Assembly: GCF_963921235.1 (NCBI RefSeq)
Contig: NC_086097.1
Location: forward strand, 32,490,001 to 32,554,000
Direction of reading: 5' to 3'
Length of the DNA: 64,000 nucleotides
From: Mobula hypostoma
Taxonomy: Eukaryota
The position numbers and the translations under genes were made by a program. The number at the start of each line of letters is the position of its first letter. Within the stretch, counting starts at the first letter, position 1. Under the pieces are notes generated by a model. The model was not told the DNA's origin. It worked only from the letters and a program-made list of their open reading frames with translations, and did not search any database. Below, one piece after another: positions 1 through 12,975 of this stretch.

Positions 1-322
1 TTTGGAAGGTCAAATTTAAATTGGGGTCCACATCCACAGATCCCTCAAAGTGGTCGTTCAAGTTGATAGGATGGTAAAGAAGGCATATGGTGTGTTGGCC
101 TTCATTAGTCAGGGGATTGAGTTCAATAGATGCAAGGTAATGTCGCAGCTCGGTAAATCTTAGTTAGACCATACTTGGAATATTGTGTTAATTATAGGAA
201 GGATGTGGAAGCTTTAGAGAAGATGTAGAGGCAATTTACCAGGATACTGTCTGGATTGGAGAGCATGTCGTATGAAGAGAGGTTGAGCTCTTTGGAGCGA
301 AGGAGGATGAGAGGTGACTTGA
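1..322 (+). mobile_element. CR1 fragment; other 3' fragments at ~4975-5345(+), 6322-6765(+), 7622-8110(+), 8795-9305(-), 13310-13715(+), 21320-21910(+), 24873-25995(+)
   Basis: Recurring motifs RRFTRMLPGL, SYEERL, RGDLIEVYK and CR1-type tails. Confidence 0.8.
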
Positions 323-894
323 AAAAAGATGTTGTGATTTTGATTGTTAATTCCATCAAAAAGATGAACTCTTGGAAAGGGAAGGTATTACACTGCTCAG
401 TAGTGCCATTTCTTCACATCTGTCACCTCCTGATGGACAGTGCTGAAGGGGAAACCCAGCAAGTCAGATAGATGTTTTTGTGTTGGCTGAGTGTTTCATT
501 CCCGGTGGAGGCTGAGGAGCAGGTCTTTTGTTGGGTTGGCACGTGGCTCAGGAGGAATGTAGAAATTAGATTAGATTAGATTATGAGGACACACAGTCCT
601 CTTTTATTGGCATTTAGTAATGCATGCATTAAGAAATGATACAATTTGTTCCTCCAGAATGATATCACAGAAACACAAGACAAACTAAGACTAAAAACAA
701 ACTGATAAAAACCACATAATTATAACATATAGTTACAACAGTGCAAAGCAATACTGTAATTTGATGAAGAACAGACCATGGGCACGGCAAAAAAAAAGAG
801 ATCTGGGGAACATAGGAACAGGATGAGCCCTTCAGACTGCAGTCTGCACTGCTGTTCAACGACTCAGAAAACCCACCTTTTCTTTTAAATAAAT

Positions 895-1200
895 ATAAAG
901 ATTAGCTTTATTTGTCTTATGTGCATTGATATTTATAGTGAAATGTGTCGTTCGTGTCAATGACCAACATAGTCCGAGAATTGTTCTGAGGGCAGCCCAC
1001 AAGTGTCACCATGGTTCCGGTGCAACATAGCATGCCCACAATTTATGAACCCTAACTCGTACAACTTTGGAATGTGGGAGGAAACCCCTGCGGTCACGGG
1101 GAGAACGTACAAACTCCTTACAGACAGTGGTGGGAGTTGAACCCCATCAGTGATCTCTGGTGCTGTAACTCGTGATGCTGACTGCTACGCTACTGTGCAA
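895..1200 (-). mobile_element. tRNA-derived V-SINE (HE1-like); further copies at ~13055-13310(+), 20305-20610(+), 42398-42686(+), 46146-46410(-), 62680-62970(+)
   Basis: tRNA-like head (cacagtagcgtagc...ggttcaactccc) plus the V-domain-like core ggagtttgtacgttctccccgtgac...tttcctcccac. Confidence 0.78.
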
Positions 1201-1550
1201 CCCACATTAACCAGTTTACTGACAAGTCCTGCTACTTTAAGGATCTGTGGACATACAACTCAAAGCCTCTCTTTTCCTCCACCCCTTTGATATCCTCCCA
1301 TCTATTTTGTAGTACTTTCTCAGGCACATTATCTCGTGCCCCTGGCTTACATTCCATTCACCAGAGCTGCCCAGACCATCGACGTTACTGCAGTCTACAG
1401 TGTTCCTCTGCATGGTCAAGGCTTATATTCTGTAATACGGAAACTTTAGCATCCCCAGATCATTCTATTATATTACAAAAAGCAAGGTGCTGAGTACTGA
1501 ATTTCCACTAGTAACATTTTTCAGTCATAAAACACCTATGAAATATTACT

Positions 1551-3036
1551 CATCAAAGTTGCTGGTGGACGCAGCAGGCCAGGCATCATCTCTAGGAAGA
1601 GGTACAGTCGACGTTTCAGGCCGAGACCCTTCGTCAGGACTAACTGAAGGAAGAGTGAGTAAGGGATTTGAAAGTTGGAGGGGGAGGGGGAGATCCAAAA
1701 TGATAGGAGAAGACAGGAGGGAGAGGGATGGAGCCAAGAGCTGGACAGGTGATAGGCAAAAGGGGTATGAGAAGATCATGGGACAGGAGGTCTGGGAAGA
1801 AAGACAAGGGCGGGGGGAGACCCAGAGGATGGGCAAGGGGTATATTCAGAGGGACAGAGGGAGAAAAAGGAGAGTGAGAGAAAGAATGTGTGTATAAAAA
1901 TAAGTAACAGATGGGGTACGAGGGGGAGGTGGGGCATTAGCAGAAGTTAGAGAAGTCGATGTTCATGCCATCAGGTTGGAGGCTACCCAGACGGAATATA
2001 AGGTGTTGTTCCTCCAACCTGAGTGTGGCTTCATCTTTACAGTAGAGGAGGCCGTGGATAGACATGTCAGAATGGGAATGGGATGTGGAATTAAAATGTG
2101 TGGCCACTGGGAGATCCTGCTTTCTCTGGCAGACAGAGCGTAGGTGTTCGGCAAAGCGGTCTCCCAGTCTGCGTCGGGTCTCGCCAATATATAAAAGGCC
2201 ACATCGGGAGCACCGGACGCAGTATATCACCCCAGCCGACTCACAGGTGAAGTGTTGCCTCACCTGGAAGGATTGTTTGGGGCCCTGAATGGTGGTAAGG
2301 GAGGAAGTGTAAGGGCATGTGTAGCACTTGTTCCGCTTACACGGATAAGTGCCAGGAGGGAGATCAGTGGGGAGGGATCGGGGGGACGAATGGACAGGGG
2401 AGTTGCGTAGGGAGCGATCCCTGCGGAATGCAGAGAGAGTGGGGGAGGGAAAGATGTGCTTAGTGGTGGGATCCAGTTGGAGGTGGCGGAAGTTACGGAG
2501 AATAATATGTTAGACCCGGAGGCTGGTGGGGTGGTAGGTGAGGACCAGGGGAACCCTATTCCTAGTGGGGTGGCGGGAGGATGGAGTGAGAGCAGATGTA
2601 CGTGAAATGGGGGAGATACGTTTAAGAGCAGAGTTGATAGTGGAGGAAGGGAAGCCCCTTTCTTTAAAAAAGGCAGGCATAGCTAGGACCCATACGGGTG
2701 CCCATAGCTACACCTTTAGTTTGGAGGAAGTGGGAGGAGCCAAAGGAGAAATTATTAAGAGTAAGGACTAATTCCGCTAGACGGAGCAGAGTGGTGGTAG
2801 AGGGGAACTGATTAGGTCTGGAATCCAAAAAGAAGCGTAGAGCTTTGAGACCTTCCTGATGGGGGATGGAAGTATATAGGGACTGGACATCCATGGTGAA
2901 AATAAAGCGGTGGGGGCCAGGGAACTTAAAATCATCGAAAAGTTTAAGAGCGTGAGAAGTGTCATGAACATAGGTAGGAAGGGATTGAACAAGGGGGGAT
3001 AAAACAGTGTTGAGGTATGCAGAAACGAGTTCGGTG
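1551..3036 (-). mobile_element. Penelope-like element, inverted arm (RT N-part, internal deletion, GIY-YIG endonuclease, 3' end)
   Basis: RT motifs DVQSLYTSIP and GVAMGTRMGPSYA; GIY-YIG VIYCVRCSRCGLLYIGET...RFAEH...QPDGMNIDF. Reverse complement of the + arm. Confidence 0.92.
1606..1641 (-). ncRNA. Minimal hammerhead ribozyme, inverted copy
   Basis: Reverse complement of the 4490-4525 motif. Confidence 0.83.
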
Positions 3037-4623
3037 GGGTCCTAGCTATGCCTGCCTTTTTGTTGGCTTTGTGGAACAATCTATGTTCCGTGCCTATTCT
3101 GGTATCTGTCCCACACTTTTCCTTCGCTACATCGACGACTGCATTGGTGCTGCTTCCTGCACGAATGCAGAGCTTGTTGACTTTATTAACTTTGCCTCCA
3201 ACTTTCACCTTGCCCTCAAGTTTACCTGGTCCATTTCCGACACCTCCCTCCCCTTTCTAGATCTTTCTGTCTCTGTCTCTGGAGACAGCTTATCCACTGA
3301 TGTCTACTATAAGCCTACTGACACTCACAGCTATCTGGACTATTCCTCTTCTCACCCTGTCTCTTGTAAAAACGCCATCCCCTTCTCGCAATTCCTCCGT
3401 CTCCGCCGCATCTGCTCTCAGGATGAGGCTTTTCATTCCAGGACGAGGGAGATGTCTTCCTTTTTTAAAGAAAGGGGCTTCCCTTCCTCCACTATCAACT
3501 CTGCTCTCAAACGCATCCCCCCCTTATTTCACGCACATCTGCTCTCACTCCATCCTCCCGCCACCCCACTAGGAATAGGGTTGCCCTGGTCCTCACCTAC
3601 CACCCCACCAGCCTCCGGGTCCAACATATTATTCTCCGTAACTTCCACCACCTCCAACAGGATCTCACCACTAAGCACATCTTTCCCTCCCCCCCCCCTG
3701 CATTCCGCAGGGATTGCTCCCTACGCAACTCCCTTGTCCATTCGTCCCCCCCCCATCCCTCCCCACTGATCTCCCTCCTGGCACTTATCCGTGTAAGCGG
3801 AACAAGTGCTACACATGCCCTTACACTTCCTCCCTTACCACCATTCAGGGCCCCAAACAGTCCTTCCAGGTGAGGCAACACTTCACCTGTGAGTCGGCTG
3901 GGGTGATATACTGTGTCCGGTGCTCCCGATGTGGCCTTTTATATATTGGCGAGACCCGACACAGACTGGGAGACCGCTTTGCTGAACACCTACGCTCTGT
4001 CCGCCAGAGAAAGCAGGATCTCCCAGTGGCCACACATTTTAATTCCACATCCCATTCCCATTCTGACATGTCTATCCACGGCCTCCTCTACTGTAAAGAT
4101 GAAGCTACACTCAGGTTGGAGGAATAACACCTTATATTCCGTCTGGGTAGCCTCCAACCTGATGGAATGAACATCGACTTCTCTAACTTCTGCTAATGCC
4201 CCATCTCCCCCTTGTACCCCATCTGTTACTTATTTTTATACACACATTCTTTCTCTCACTCTCCTTTTTCTCCCTCTGTCCCTCTGAATATACCCCTTGC
4301 CCATCCTCTGGGTCTCCCCCCACCCCGTCTTTCTTCCCGGACCTCCTGTCCCATGATCCTCTCGTATCCCTTTTGCCTATCACCTGTCCAGCTCTTGGCT
4401 CTATCCCTCCCCCTCCTGTCTTCTCCTATCATTTTGGATCTCCCCTCCCCCTCCAACTTTCAAATCCCTTACTCACTCTTCCTTCAGTTAGTCCTGACGA
4501 AGGGTCTCGGCCTGAAACGTCGACTGCGCCTCTTCCTAGAGATGCTGCCTGGCCTGCTGCGTTCACCGGCAACTTTGATGTGTGTTGCTCGAATTTCCAG
4601 CATCTGCAGAATTCCTGTTGTTT
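3037..4623 (+). mobile_element. Penelope-like element, direct arm (RT with YIDD, GIY-YIG, 3' end with hammerhead)
   Basis: GPSYACLF...FLRYIDDC...LPFLDL...YYKPTD...IPFSQFLRLRRICS, followed by GIY-YIG. Frameshifts and a TAA at 4125-4127. Confidence 0.93.
4490..4525 (+). ncRNA. Minimal type-I hammerhead ribozyme (Penelope-associated)
   Basis: AGTC-CTGACGA-AGG(GTCTCGG)CCT-GAAAC-GTC^-GACT. Core CUGANGA/GAAA, helix I AGTC/GACT, helix II AGG/CCT, palindromic ACGT helix III. Predicted cleavage after C4521. Confidence 0.85.
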
Positions 4624-7600
4624 GCTCTTTTAAGTCTTACCCCTTTTGGGAACCTATGCCACCTTGTTTTTGATTCCTTTTCATTGTGAAAAACGCTGTG
4701 TGCATTCCACTTTATCTTGCCCCTCAAGATTTTATACACATCTAAAAGATCAAAAGGAAACCTATTTTATAAAACTCTACAGCACAGTACAGGCCTGACA
4801 GCTCACAACGTTGTGCCAACCTTTTAAACTACTCTAAGGTCAATCTGATGCTTCCATCCCAATAGCCCTCCATTTTTCTATCATCCATGTGCCTATCTAT
4901 AAATACCATGTTAAAGTCCAGGTATCCAGAGATCAAGTGTAGTCTCATTCCTCAAAAATTTCAGTCAAGCTGATTCACTTGATAGTGTACAAGATGATAA
5001 GAAGCATAGATCAAGTGGATAGCCAGAGACTTTTTTTCCAGGGCAGAAATGGCTAATATGAGGGGGCATAATTTTAGATTAGCAGAAATTATAGGGTTCT
5101 ATCAGGGTTATGTTTTTTTTTAAGCAGAGAGAGTTGGGTGCATGGAATGTGTCAACAGGGATAGTGGTAGAGGTAAATACATTTAGGGACATTTAAAAGA
5201 CTATTAGATATTCCTCCATTTTTCTATCACCCATGTGCCTACTACGTAGGAGGGAAGGGTTAGATTGATTTTAAAGCAGGTTAAAAGTTCGGTACCTCAT
5301 TGTGGGCTGAGGGGATGATGCTGTGCTGTAATACTCTATGTTCTTCAGTTGCTTGAAAGACTGGCACAGGGCAGAGGACTCTGGCGAGCTACTGCCAGTA
5401 GCCTATGCCTCATTAGGGGTGATGGGTTAAAATAACTAACTTAAGTTGGAGCACTAATTTCCCTTAACACATTTGTACTGCCAACCTTCTTAATGAAGGT
5501 TGATAGCAATGATTTTTCAACCACAAAAGTTAAACTAACTGACCTATAATTGTTCTAACTTACTGCAATTACTATCTGTCAAGCATGGTACAATTTTCAG
5601 TCAATTGGACTGTTCGTGTACCAGGGATAAATTGCCAGTTCTTATCTCTCCAACACAAGTGATCATACCTTCAGCTGCCAAGACCATGAGGCCAACAATT
5701 ACTCTTGGTGATCTGGTTTCCTCCCACATCCCAAAAAAATGTGCAATTGATACACTAATTGGCCACTGGGAATTGCCCATAGTAAGTGGTAGAATTTAGG
5801 AAACTTGAAGGGAATGTCAAGTTGATGAAAGGATTAGTGCTATATGGGTGTGTGATGATTGATGCATACAAGATGGGCCAAGAGGTCTGTATCTATGTTG
5901 TACAAGTGTATGACTATGCAAGATTGCTTACACAATTCTTATCATTTGAACTGTTAATATTTCATTGCATTTAAAATTTTGGCTTTTGTCTCGTTTGCTT
6001 GTATAAGCAATTTATTGGAAGAAAAGCAAATGAGTTACTGTGGTAACATACTAGAGCTTCTTGCTGCATCTGCTGAAGCTGGACTGGTGCCACTTTTGAT
6101 AGCTGCACCAGAACAAAAGGAGCAGAATACCAACTTTGTCGTGAAGCATATATACCAACTAACATCTGGAAAATTTTGATTCTCTGGAACCTCTGTTAAT
6201 CTATGTCTATGCACACAAACGACCTTTGATCTGAAAGGTCGACTCTGCTTCTCTTTCCACAGATACTATCTGACCTTCTGAGTGTTTCCAGCATTTTCTT
6301 TTGTTTTTAATGAGGACTTAAGATTTACAAGGTTGTTGCCAGGACTTGAGGCACTGAGTTATAGGGAGAGGTTGGGCAGGAAAGAACTTAATTCCTTAGA
6401 GCACAAGAGACAGAGGGATGATCTTATAGAGGTGTATAAGATCATGAGGGCTATAGATAGGGTGAATGAATGCACATGGTCTTTTTCCCAGGATTGTGGA
6501 ATCAAGAACGAGAGGTTTAAGATTCAGTGGATACCTGAGGGACAACTCTTTCTTGCAGAGGCTGGAACAAGCTGCCGGAGGAAGTAATTGAGGCAGGTAC
6601 AAGAACCACCCTGAAAAGACATTTGGATAGGTACATGGACAACAAATGTTTAGAGGGATATAGGCTAAACACAGGCAAATGGGACTAGCTTAGATTGGCA
6701 CCCTGGTCAGCATGTATGTGTTGGGTTGAAGACCCTGTTTCTATGCTGTATGGTTTGATGACTCAATACTGGATTTCCATCATCTGCAGTTTGTTCATTC
6801 TCGTTCACACACAGCTATTTAAAAGGGCAGGAAGGACTAGAGTTCTTTGGTTTCTGGAAGAGTAGAATGAAGGCTGGTAAATGCTTTCTACAAGAGATCA
6901 CTGCTGAAAAGTTCTACTGTCAATGCCCCAATGCACCATCATCATGGACCAAATGCTAGCATATGTGCTCAAAGGTCGTTCTTTCTGCACTTAACTATGG
7001 CTACACAAACAGGCCACCATGAGGAGTTTTAGGGGAGAGCAGCATTGTGGTGTATGGGGTAGGTCAGAGCTGCAGTCAGTGGGAAGTGGGGAAGAATCAT
7101 GACAGCAAGTGAGGGAATTGGGATCGGGTTTCCATCAGCTGCTAAAATGGTTGTGGGAGGAGATGGATGGGGGATATCAGTGAATCAACATCTGCCAAGG
7201 ATATCTTCAGTCTGGGGGAGAGTGTCATCACCTCCAGGGATCCCCTTTAACCGACCTTAAGGCAGATCTGCCATGCATTGTGAAGGCTTGGCTTTTGGAG
7301 AATGGCCCACATTTCTGGACATCCTTTTGCAAAGAGGGATCCATATATACATCCAGAAAACAAAATGCAAGTGTTTCCAGCCCCTTGCTATGTCCCAAAT
7401 TTCAGTTAATGCACAGATAAACACTGAGCCATATGACCAAATTTCTTAGCAAGGTTTTCAGTTGAACTGATTTCAACAAAACTATTCCAAATTGGAGCTT
7501 CAATGAAAATCCTTAAATTGGAGACAAAGATTTGGGATATCCTGAAGAGATGAAAGATGTTATAAAATACATGTCAATCAAGTTGTTCAAGTCAAACCAT

Positions 7601-8288
7601 GAAATAATAGTTGCTGGAGAAGTTGCAGAAATGATTCACGAGGATGTTACCTGGATTGCAGGGCCTTAGTTACAAGAAGGGATTAGATATGCTGACCCTG
7701 AATTCACGGGAGTGAAGGAGGCTGAGAGGTGACCTTATAGAGATTTACGAGAAGCTTGAATATTATAGACAGTGACAGTCTTCTTTCTCAGCGTAGGAGA
7801 GTCTGTAACTATAGGGCATTGAGAAGGAAAAGACTTAAAGCGGATCTGAGGAGCAAATTTATCGACATTGAGGGGGTTGGCTATAACGAGTGAACTGCCA
7901 GATGAGGTAGTAGAAGTGGGAACAGTTACAATGTTTAAAAAACATTTGGATGGATACATAGATATGTAAGGTATGGACCAAATGCTAGCATATGTCTTAT
8001 ATAAGCACTACATATGGCTCATTTAGCTTAGACAGACATTTTGGTTAGCATGGACTAGTTGGGCAGAATGTCTGGTTTCCATGCTGTATGACTCTATGAA
8101 TCTATGAATTCCCTCCTTAAATCTCCCTACCACTTTCTGTACTTTTCTCTCTTCCTTTAAGATCCTCTATGGCCTTTTGGTCACCTCCCCTGATGTTTTT
8201 TATATATGGCTTGGTGTTAACTTCCATTTAATAATACTCTTGTTTTGCCACTTTTAGGGTCTATATAAATACAAGTTGTTATTTCCAG

Positions 8289-8462
8289 GTGATTTCCCAT
8301 GAGATTCACAAGCTACTTGATATTGAAGAGCCTGCCTGGAATCGCAGCATTTCGCATCGCCACAGAGATCCCATGGGCTTGTTTCTAGAGCGCAAGGCTC
8401 CAACAGGACCCAAGGCTGATGCACTAACATTGGAAGAATTCTTGAAACAGCTGGATGCCTGA
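8289..8462 (+). CDS. SAMD15: SAMD15 terminal coding exon (upstream exons not found in window)
   Basis: Acceptor ttatttccag|GTG, then VISHEIHKLLDIEEPAWNRSISHRHRDPMGLFLERKAPTGPKADALTLEEFLKQLDA*. This resembles the human SAMD15 C-terminus as I recall it ([39 protein letters not shown]). Convergent with NOXRED1, as in human synteny. Confidence 0.88.
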   Translation: MISHEIHKLLDIEEPAWNRSISHRHRDPMGLFLERKAPTGPKADALTLEEFLKQLDA

Positions 8463-10129
8463 ATTTCTCAAAATCCTTCGGAGAAGGATCTGACCAAAGA
8501 AATTGGTATCTCAACATGATGTCCCAGACTCTAGGACATTGCTAGTTCTTAGATTTCTGTCACAATGTGTAATGTTGTGTATCTGATGGCATTTAACTAG
8601 GTCAATGTTTTTGTTCAAAGTAGCATCATCAATCTTGCAAATTAGTTGCAAACATCTATAAATGTCCAAAACCATAAGTGTCCTGAGGGGCCAGGCCAAA
8701 TGCTTATTTTATATTATCCATCATTCAGTTCAGGAATGTAAAGGGTTTGACACTGGTTACCTGAAAACTGGCCATGAGTGGAGTAAAACATTTGTACAGC
8801 ACAGTACAGGCCCTTCAGCCCACAATGTTGTACCAACCTTTTAATGTACTCCACAATTAATCTAACCCTTCCCTCCTACACAGTTCATTACCCTCCACTT
8901 TTCTTACATCCATGTGCCTACCTAGAATTCCCCTTAAATGCCCCTATTGTATCAGCCACCCCTGCAGTGTATTCCAGGCACCAACCACTCTCTGTATAAA
9001 ATAACCTACCTTTGACATCTCCCTTAAACTTCCCTCCACTCACCTTCAGTGAATGTCCTTTGGTGTTAGCCATTCCTACTCTGGGGAAATTTCTCTGGTT
9101 AGCCACTCTTTCAATGCATCTTATCAACTTGCACATCTCTATCAAGTCACCTGTTATCCTCCTTCACTCCAAAGAGAAAAGTCCTAGCTGATAAGACATA
9201 CTCTCCATCCTGTCTAAAGCTTCCACATCCTTCCTATAAAGAGGTGACCAGAACTGAATGTAGTGCTCCAAGTGTGGTCTAACTAGAGTTTGCTGGAGCT
9301 GCAAATTGGGGTGCTATGAAATACAAACCTCTGTCGGTGAATAAAGATCACAGGTATATTCAAATTAGTTCTCACTTCCACAGTCAAATCTCTTAGCAAA
9401 TGTCTCCCGCTCTAACACCCAACATAGATTTCAACTCAAATCTCACAATCCATCATCCTCCATCACACAAACCAGCCTCCCTTCCATTGACTCCACCTAC
9501 ACTTCCCACTGCCTGAGGAAAGCAACCAACCTAATCAAGGATTAGTCCCACCCCGGTTATTCTTTCTTCTACCCTCTCCTGTTGGGCAGAAGATCCAAAA
9601 GCCTGGGAGCAGAAATCACTCCCTTCTACCCACTTTTATCAGACTCTTGAATGGATCTCTATGCTTAATCTATTCCATCACGGTCCTTGCATTTTATTTG
9701 TCTCCCTGTATTATACTTTCTCTACAGCTGCAACACTACATTCTGCATTGTTTTCTTTTTACTACCTCAAGGTATTTCAGTATGGGATGATCTGTCTGTT
9801 TAGCATACAAACACCATGTTTTCTCTGTATCTCGGTATATGTGTAAATAATAAACCAGATCCAATATCTCCATAATTCAAAACATACAGATACATTCAAA
9901 TTATCTCCTATCACAGATATTCCCTTCCTCTTAACCATCCCTTCTGCATCCTTCCTCATATGTTAAAATTACCAATTTTATCTTCTTTTCCCAATCTGAT
10001 TTGAAACATTCAGTCTTTTTCTTTATCTACAGATGGTGCTTGACCTCTGGAGGGTTTCCAGCATTTCTATTTTCATCTCTGACAGTCAGATGTCGATCAC
10101 CCATCACAAGCTAAACCATTTCCCCCATA

Positions 10130-11022
10130 CATAGAACATTACAGGCCCTTCAGCACACAGTGTTATGACAACCCTTTCCAAGATCAATCTTACCCTTCCT
10201 CGTAAATAACCTTCCATTTTTATTTCGTCCATCTGCCTAAGAGTCTCTTAAATGTCTCTAACGTAGCTGCTCCCACCACCACCCTTGGCAAAGCATCTAC
10301 CATTCTCTGTGTAAAAAAACTACCTCTAATATCCCCCCCATACTTTCCTCCAATCTCCTTAAAATTATGCCCCTCCATATTAGCCATTTCAGCCCTATGA
10401 AAAAGTATATAGCTGCCCACTCTATTTTGGCCTCTTATATCAGATGATAAGAGTTAACTATTAAGTCACTTCTCATCCTTGTTCGCTCCAAAGAGAAAAG
10501 CCATTGCCACTCAACCTTTCCTCATAAGACATGCTGTTTAATCCAGGTAGCATCCTGGTAAATCTCCTCTGCACCCTCTTTGCCTTCCTCACCACTGATT
10601 CAACCTGCAAGTTAACCTTCAGGGTGTTGTGCACAAGGACTCCCAAGTCCCTCTGCATCTCAGATTCCCGGATTTTCCCCCCTTTAGGAAAATAGCCTGC
10701 ACATTTACTTCTACCAAAGTGCATGACCATACATTTTCCAACATTGTATTTCATTTGCCACTTTCTTGCCCATTCGCCTAATCTGTCCAAGTCCTTCTTC
10801 ATCCTACCTGTTTCCTTAACACTACCTGCCCCTCCACCAATCTTCGTATCATCTGCAAACTTGGCAACAAAGCCATCTATCCTATCATCTAAATTATTTA
10901 TATACAGCATAAAAAGAAGTGGTCCCAACACCAACCCCTGTGGAACACCACTGGTCACTGGCAGCCAGCCAGAAAAGGATCCTTTTATTCCCATGCACTG
11001 CCTCCTACTAATCAGCCAATTT
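10130..11022 (-). mobile_element. CR1 LINE fragments
   Basis: SGVPQGLVLGPLLF, KFADDTK, followed by a CR1 3' UTR. Confidence 0.87.
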
Positions 11023-11255
11023 ATGTTAACAACCTTGAGGAGTGAACAAAGTATAAGGTATCCAGTAGTAGGGGAGTCTAGGACCAGAGAGCATTGCCTC
11101 AGAATAGAAGGACGTCCCTTTAGAAGAGATGAGGAGGAATTTCTTTAGCCAGAGGCTGGTGAATTTGTGGAATTCATTGCTGCAGATGGCTGAAGTGATT
11201 AAAATAGGTGGAAGGGCTTATTGTGATCATAATACAGTGATTCTGCAAAGGGATA

Positions 11256-11480
11256 TCATGGTAAACCATATATATATGTTGTAACTGTCTGGACTCGCCC
11301 CTCTGCTGACTGCTCCTGTGGCTCCTCCCACAGACCCCTGAATAAAGGCGATTGCGCCATTGCTCCTCCTCTCAGTCAGGGGCAGATACTCAGCATGGTG
11401 GAGGTCACATTTTACTGCTAATAAAAGCCTTTCAGTATTTACTCTACTTCCAGTCTTTTGGAGTTATTGATGGTGCATCA
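11256..11480 (+). mobile_element. Short solo LTR (225 bp)
   Basis: TCATG...CATCA ends (one mismatch from TGATG/CATCA), TSD GATA, internal AATAAA; interrupts a CR1 relic. Confidence 0.65.
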
Positions 11481-11728
11481 GATATAGAATGAGTAATTGG
11501 ACAGAGAAATTGTAAATGTAGTTCAACGTGGGAATGTGTGAGGTCATGTACTTTAGCAGCAGACTAAAGGGAGAGAAACTGCAAATCAGTGAAGCCCAGA
11601 GGCATTTTGGATCTACGTGTTCTATTGCATGAATCATAAAAGATTAGCGGGCAGCTCCATCACGCAGTTAGGAAGGCAAAAGACCTTTTTGCCTGTATTG
11701 CAAAGTGGCTGTAGTTTAAGAATAGCGA

Positions 11729-11940
11729 CACACATAAAAGTTGCTGGTGAACGCAGCAGGCCAAGCAGCATCTCTAGGAGGAGGTGCAGTCGACGTTTCA
11801 GGCCGAGACCTCCTGACGAAGGGTCTCGGCCTGAAATGTCGACTGCACCTCTTCCTAGAGATGCTGCCTGGCCTGCTGCGTTCACCAGCAACTTTTATGT
11901 GTGTTGCTTGAATTTCCAGCATCTGCAGAATTCCTGTTGT
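11729..11940. mobile_element. Fold-back Penelope mini-insertion with hammerhead
   Basis: Inverted plus direct copy of the PLE 3' end. GTTTAAGAATAGCGA is duplicated at 11714-11728 and 11939-11953. The core reads GAAAT instead of GAAAC. Confidence 0.88.
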
Positions 11941-12699
11941 TTAAGAATAGCGAGTTTATGTTCCAGTTGTAAAGGTGTTGGTGAGGTCAACTCCACACAT
12001 TTTGCCTGACTTGCTCAGCTCTTCTAGCATTTTCTATGTGTGTGCTTCAAGATTTCCAGCATCTGCATTATCTTTTGTGTTTATAATTTTTAAAAATTAT
12101 TTTTTTGAAATCCTTCGGTCACTACATTTGAACTTCTTGTAGCCTATATCCCTCTGAGGTATCCACATTCTTTCAATTGTAGCCTCTTGGCTTTTCCATA
12201 TTTAACCATTCCACAATCAGTCACGGATTCTTCAGTTGCCAGGGCCTACACTCCAGATTTCCCCCTCTGAACCCCTTGAAATGTAGATTTGAACTATCTC
12301 TAGTCGACTATCTGATAGCTTACAGAACTCATGAGTGTCACAGCATAGAATAAGGCCCTTCAGCCCACACCTCCTAATAAGAACCTAGCCACGGTAATCC
12401 CATTTTATTCTCTCCACATTCACTCTCCTCTCCCCAGATGCTCCCAGTCATTTACATCAGTCTCATGTGGATGGAGATTTGTCTGATACCACCAGGTACT
12501 TTGCCCTTTTTGTGGCATTAATTGAACTGGATAATTCAAGCAGTGGAAGGTGAATTTAGTAATTATTTAAACAGAGGCTTGGTGCATAAATGTGGCAGTG
12601 TGTTTGAAGTACAGTTTGAAATGCCAGACATACAGGCTGTGAGCTTGGGAAGCGCTTCTGCCTTCACTGGCCCATTTTGAAAGCCATTCCCAGCGAAGG

Positions 12700-12975
12700 T
12701 CACTTTTATCCTTACATCTGAGGTTCCAGTTTCAAGCCCACCTCAGAGGCCTAAGAAGAAGTTCTCGAATGAGAGGTGGGAGACTCAATGGCAGGACACG
12801 GGGAGAAGAATGGTCTCCGGACTCCTCACCGGAAGATCTCCCCATTCCTGCTATTTGTCAAACACTGAATGGCAGGCAGGGGTTCAGGAGCAGTTCCTGG
12901 CATCCTGACCAGAAGACCTCTCCATTCTATCAGGTTATTGCTGCAGTTTGTGGGAGCTTGCTATGAGTACATTGT
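12700..12975 (+). mobile_element. Ancient Deu-domain SINE remnant (AmnSINE/SacSINE-like)
   Basis: ttattgctgcagtttgtgggagcttgctatg resembles the Deu-domain core attgctgtttgtgggagcttgctgtg; upstream gtttcaagcccac is B-box-like. Confidence 0.45.

Noticed and set aside
4196..4673. ORFs containing PDEGSRPETST repeated across the window
   Set aside because: Translation of the conserved hammerhead/terminal repeat in a non-coding 3' region, not a protein family.
5548..5571. Short NCSNLLQL peptide resembling the SAMD15 penultimate exon
   Set aside because: In-frame stop just upstream, no flanking similarity and no suitable splice sites; probably chance.
5979..6179. 66-aa ORF in unique sequence
   Set aside because: No homology or convincing splice signals recognised.
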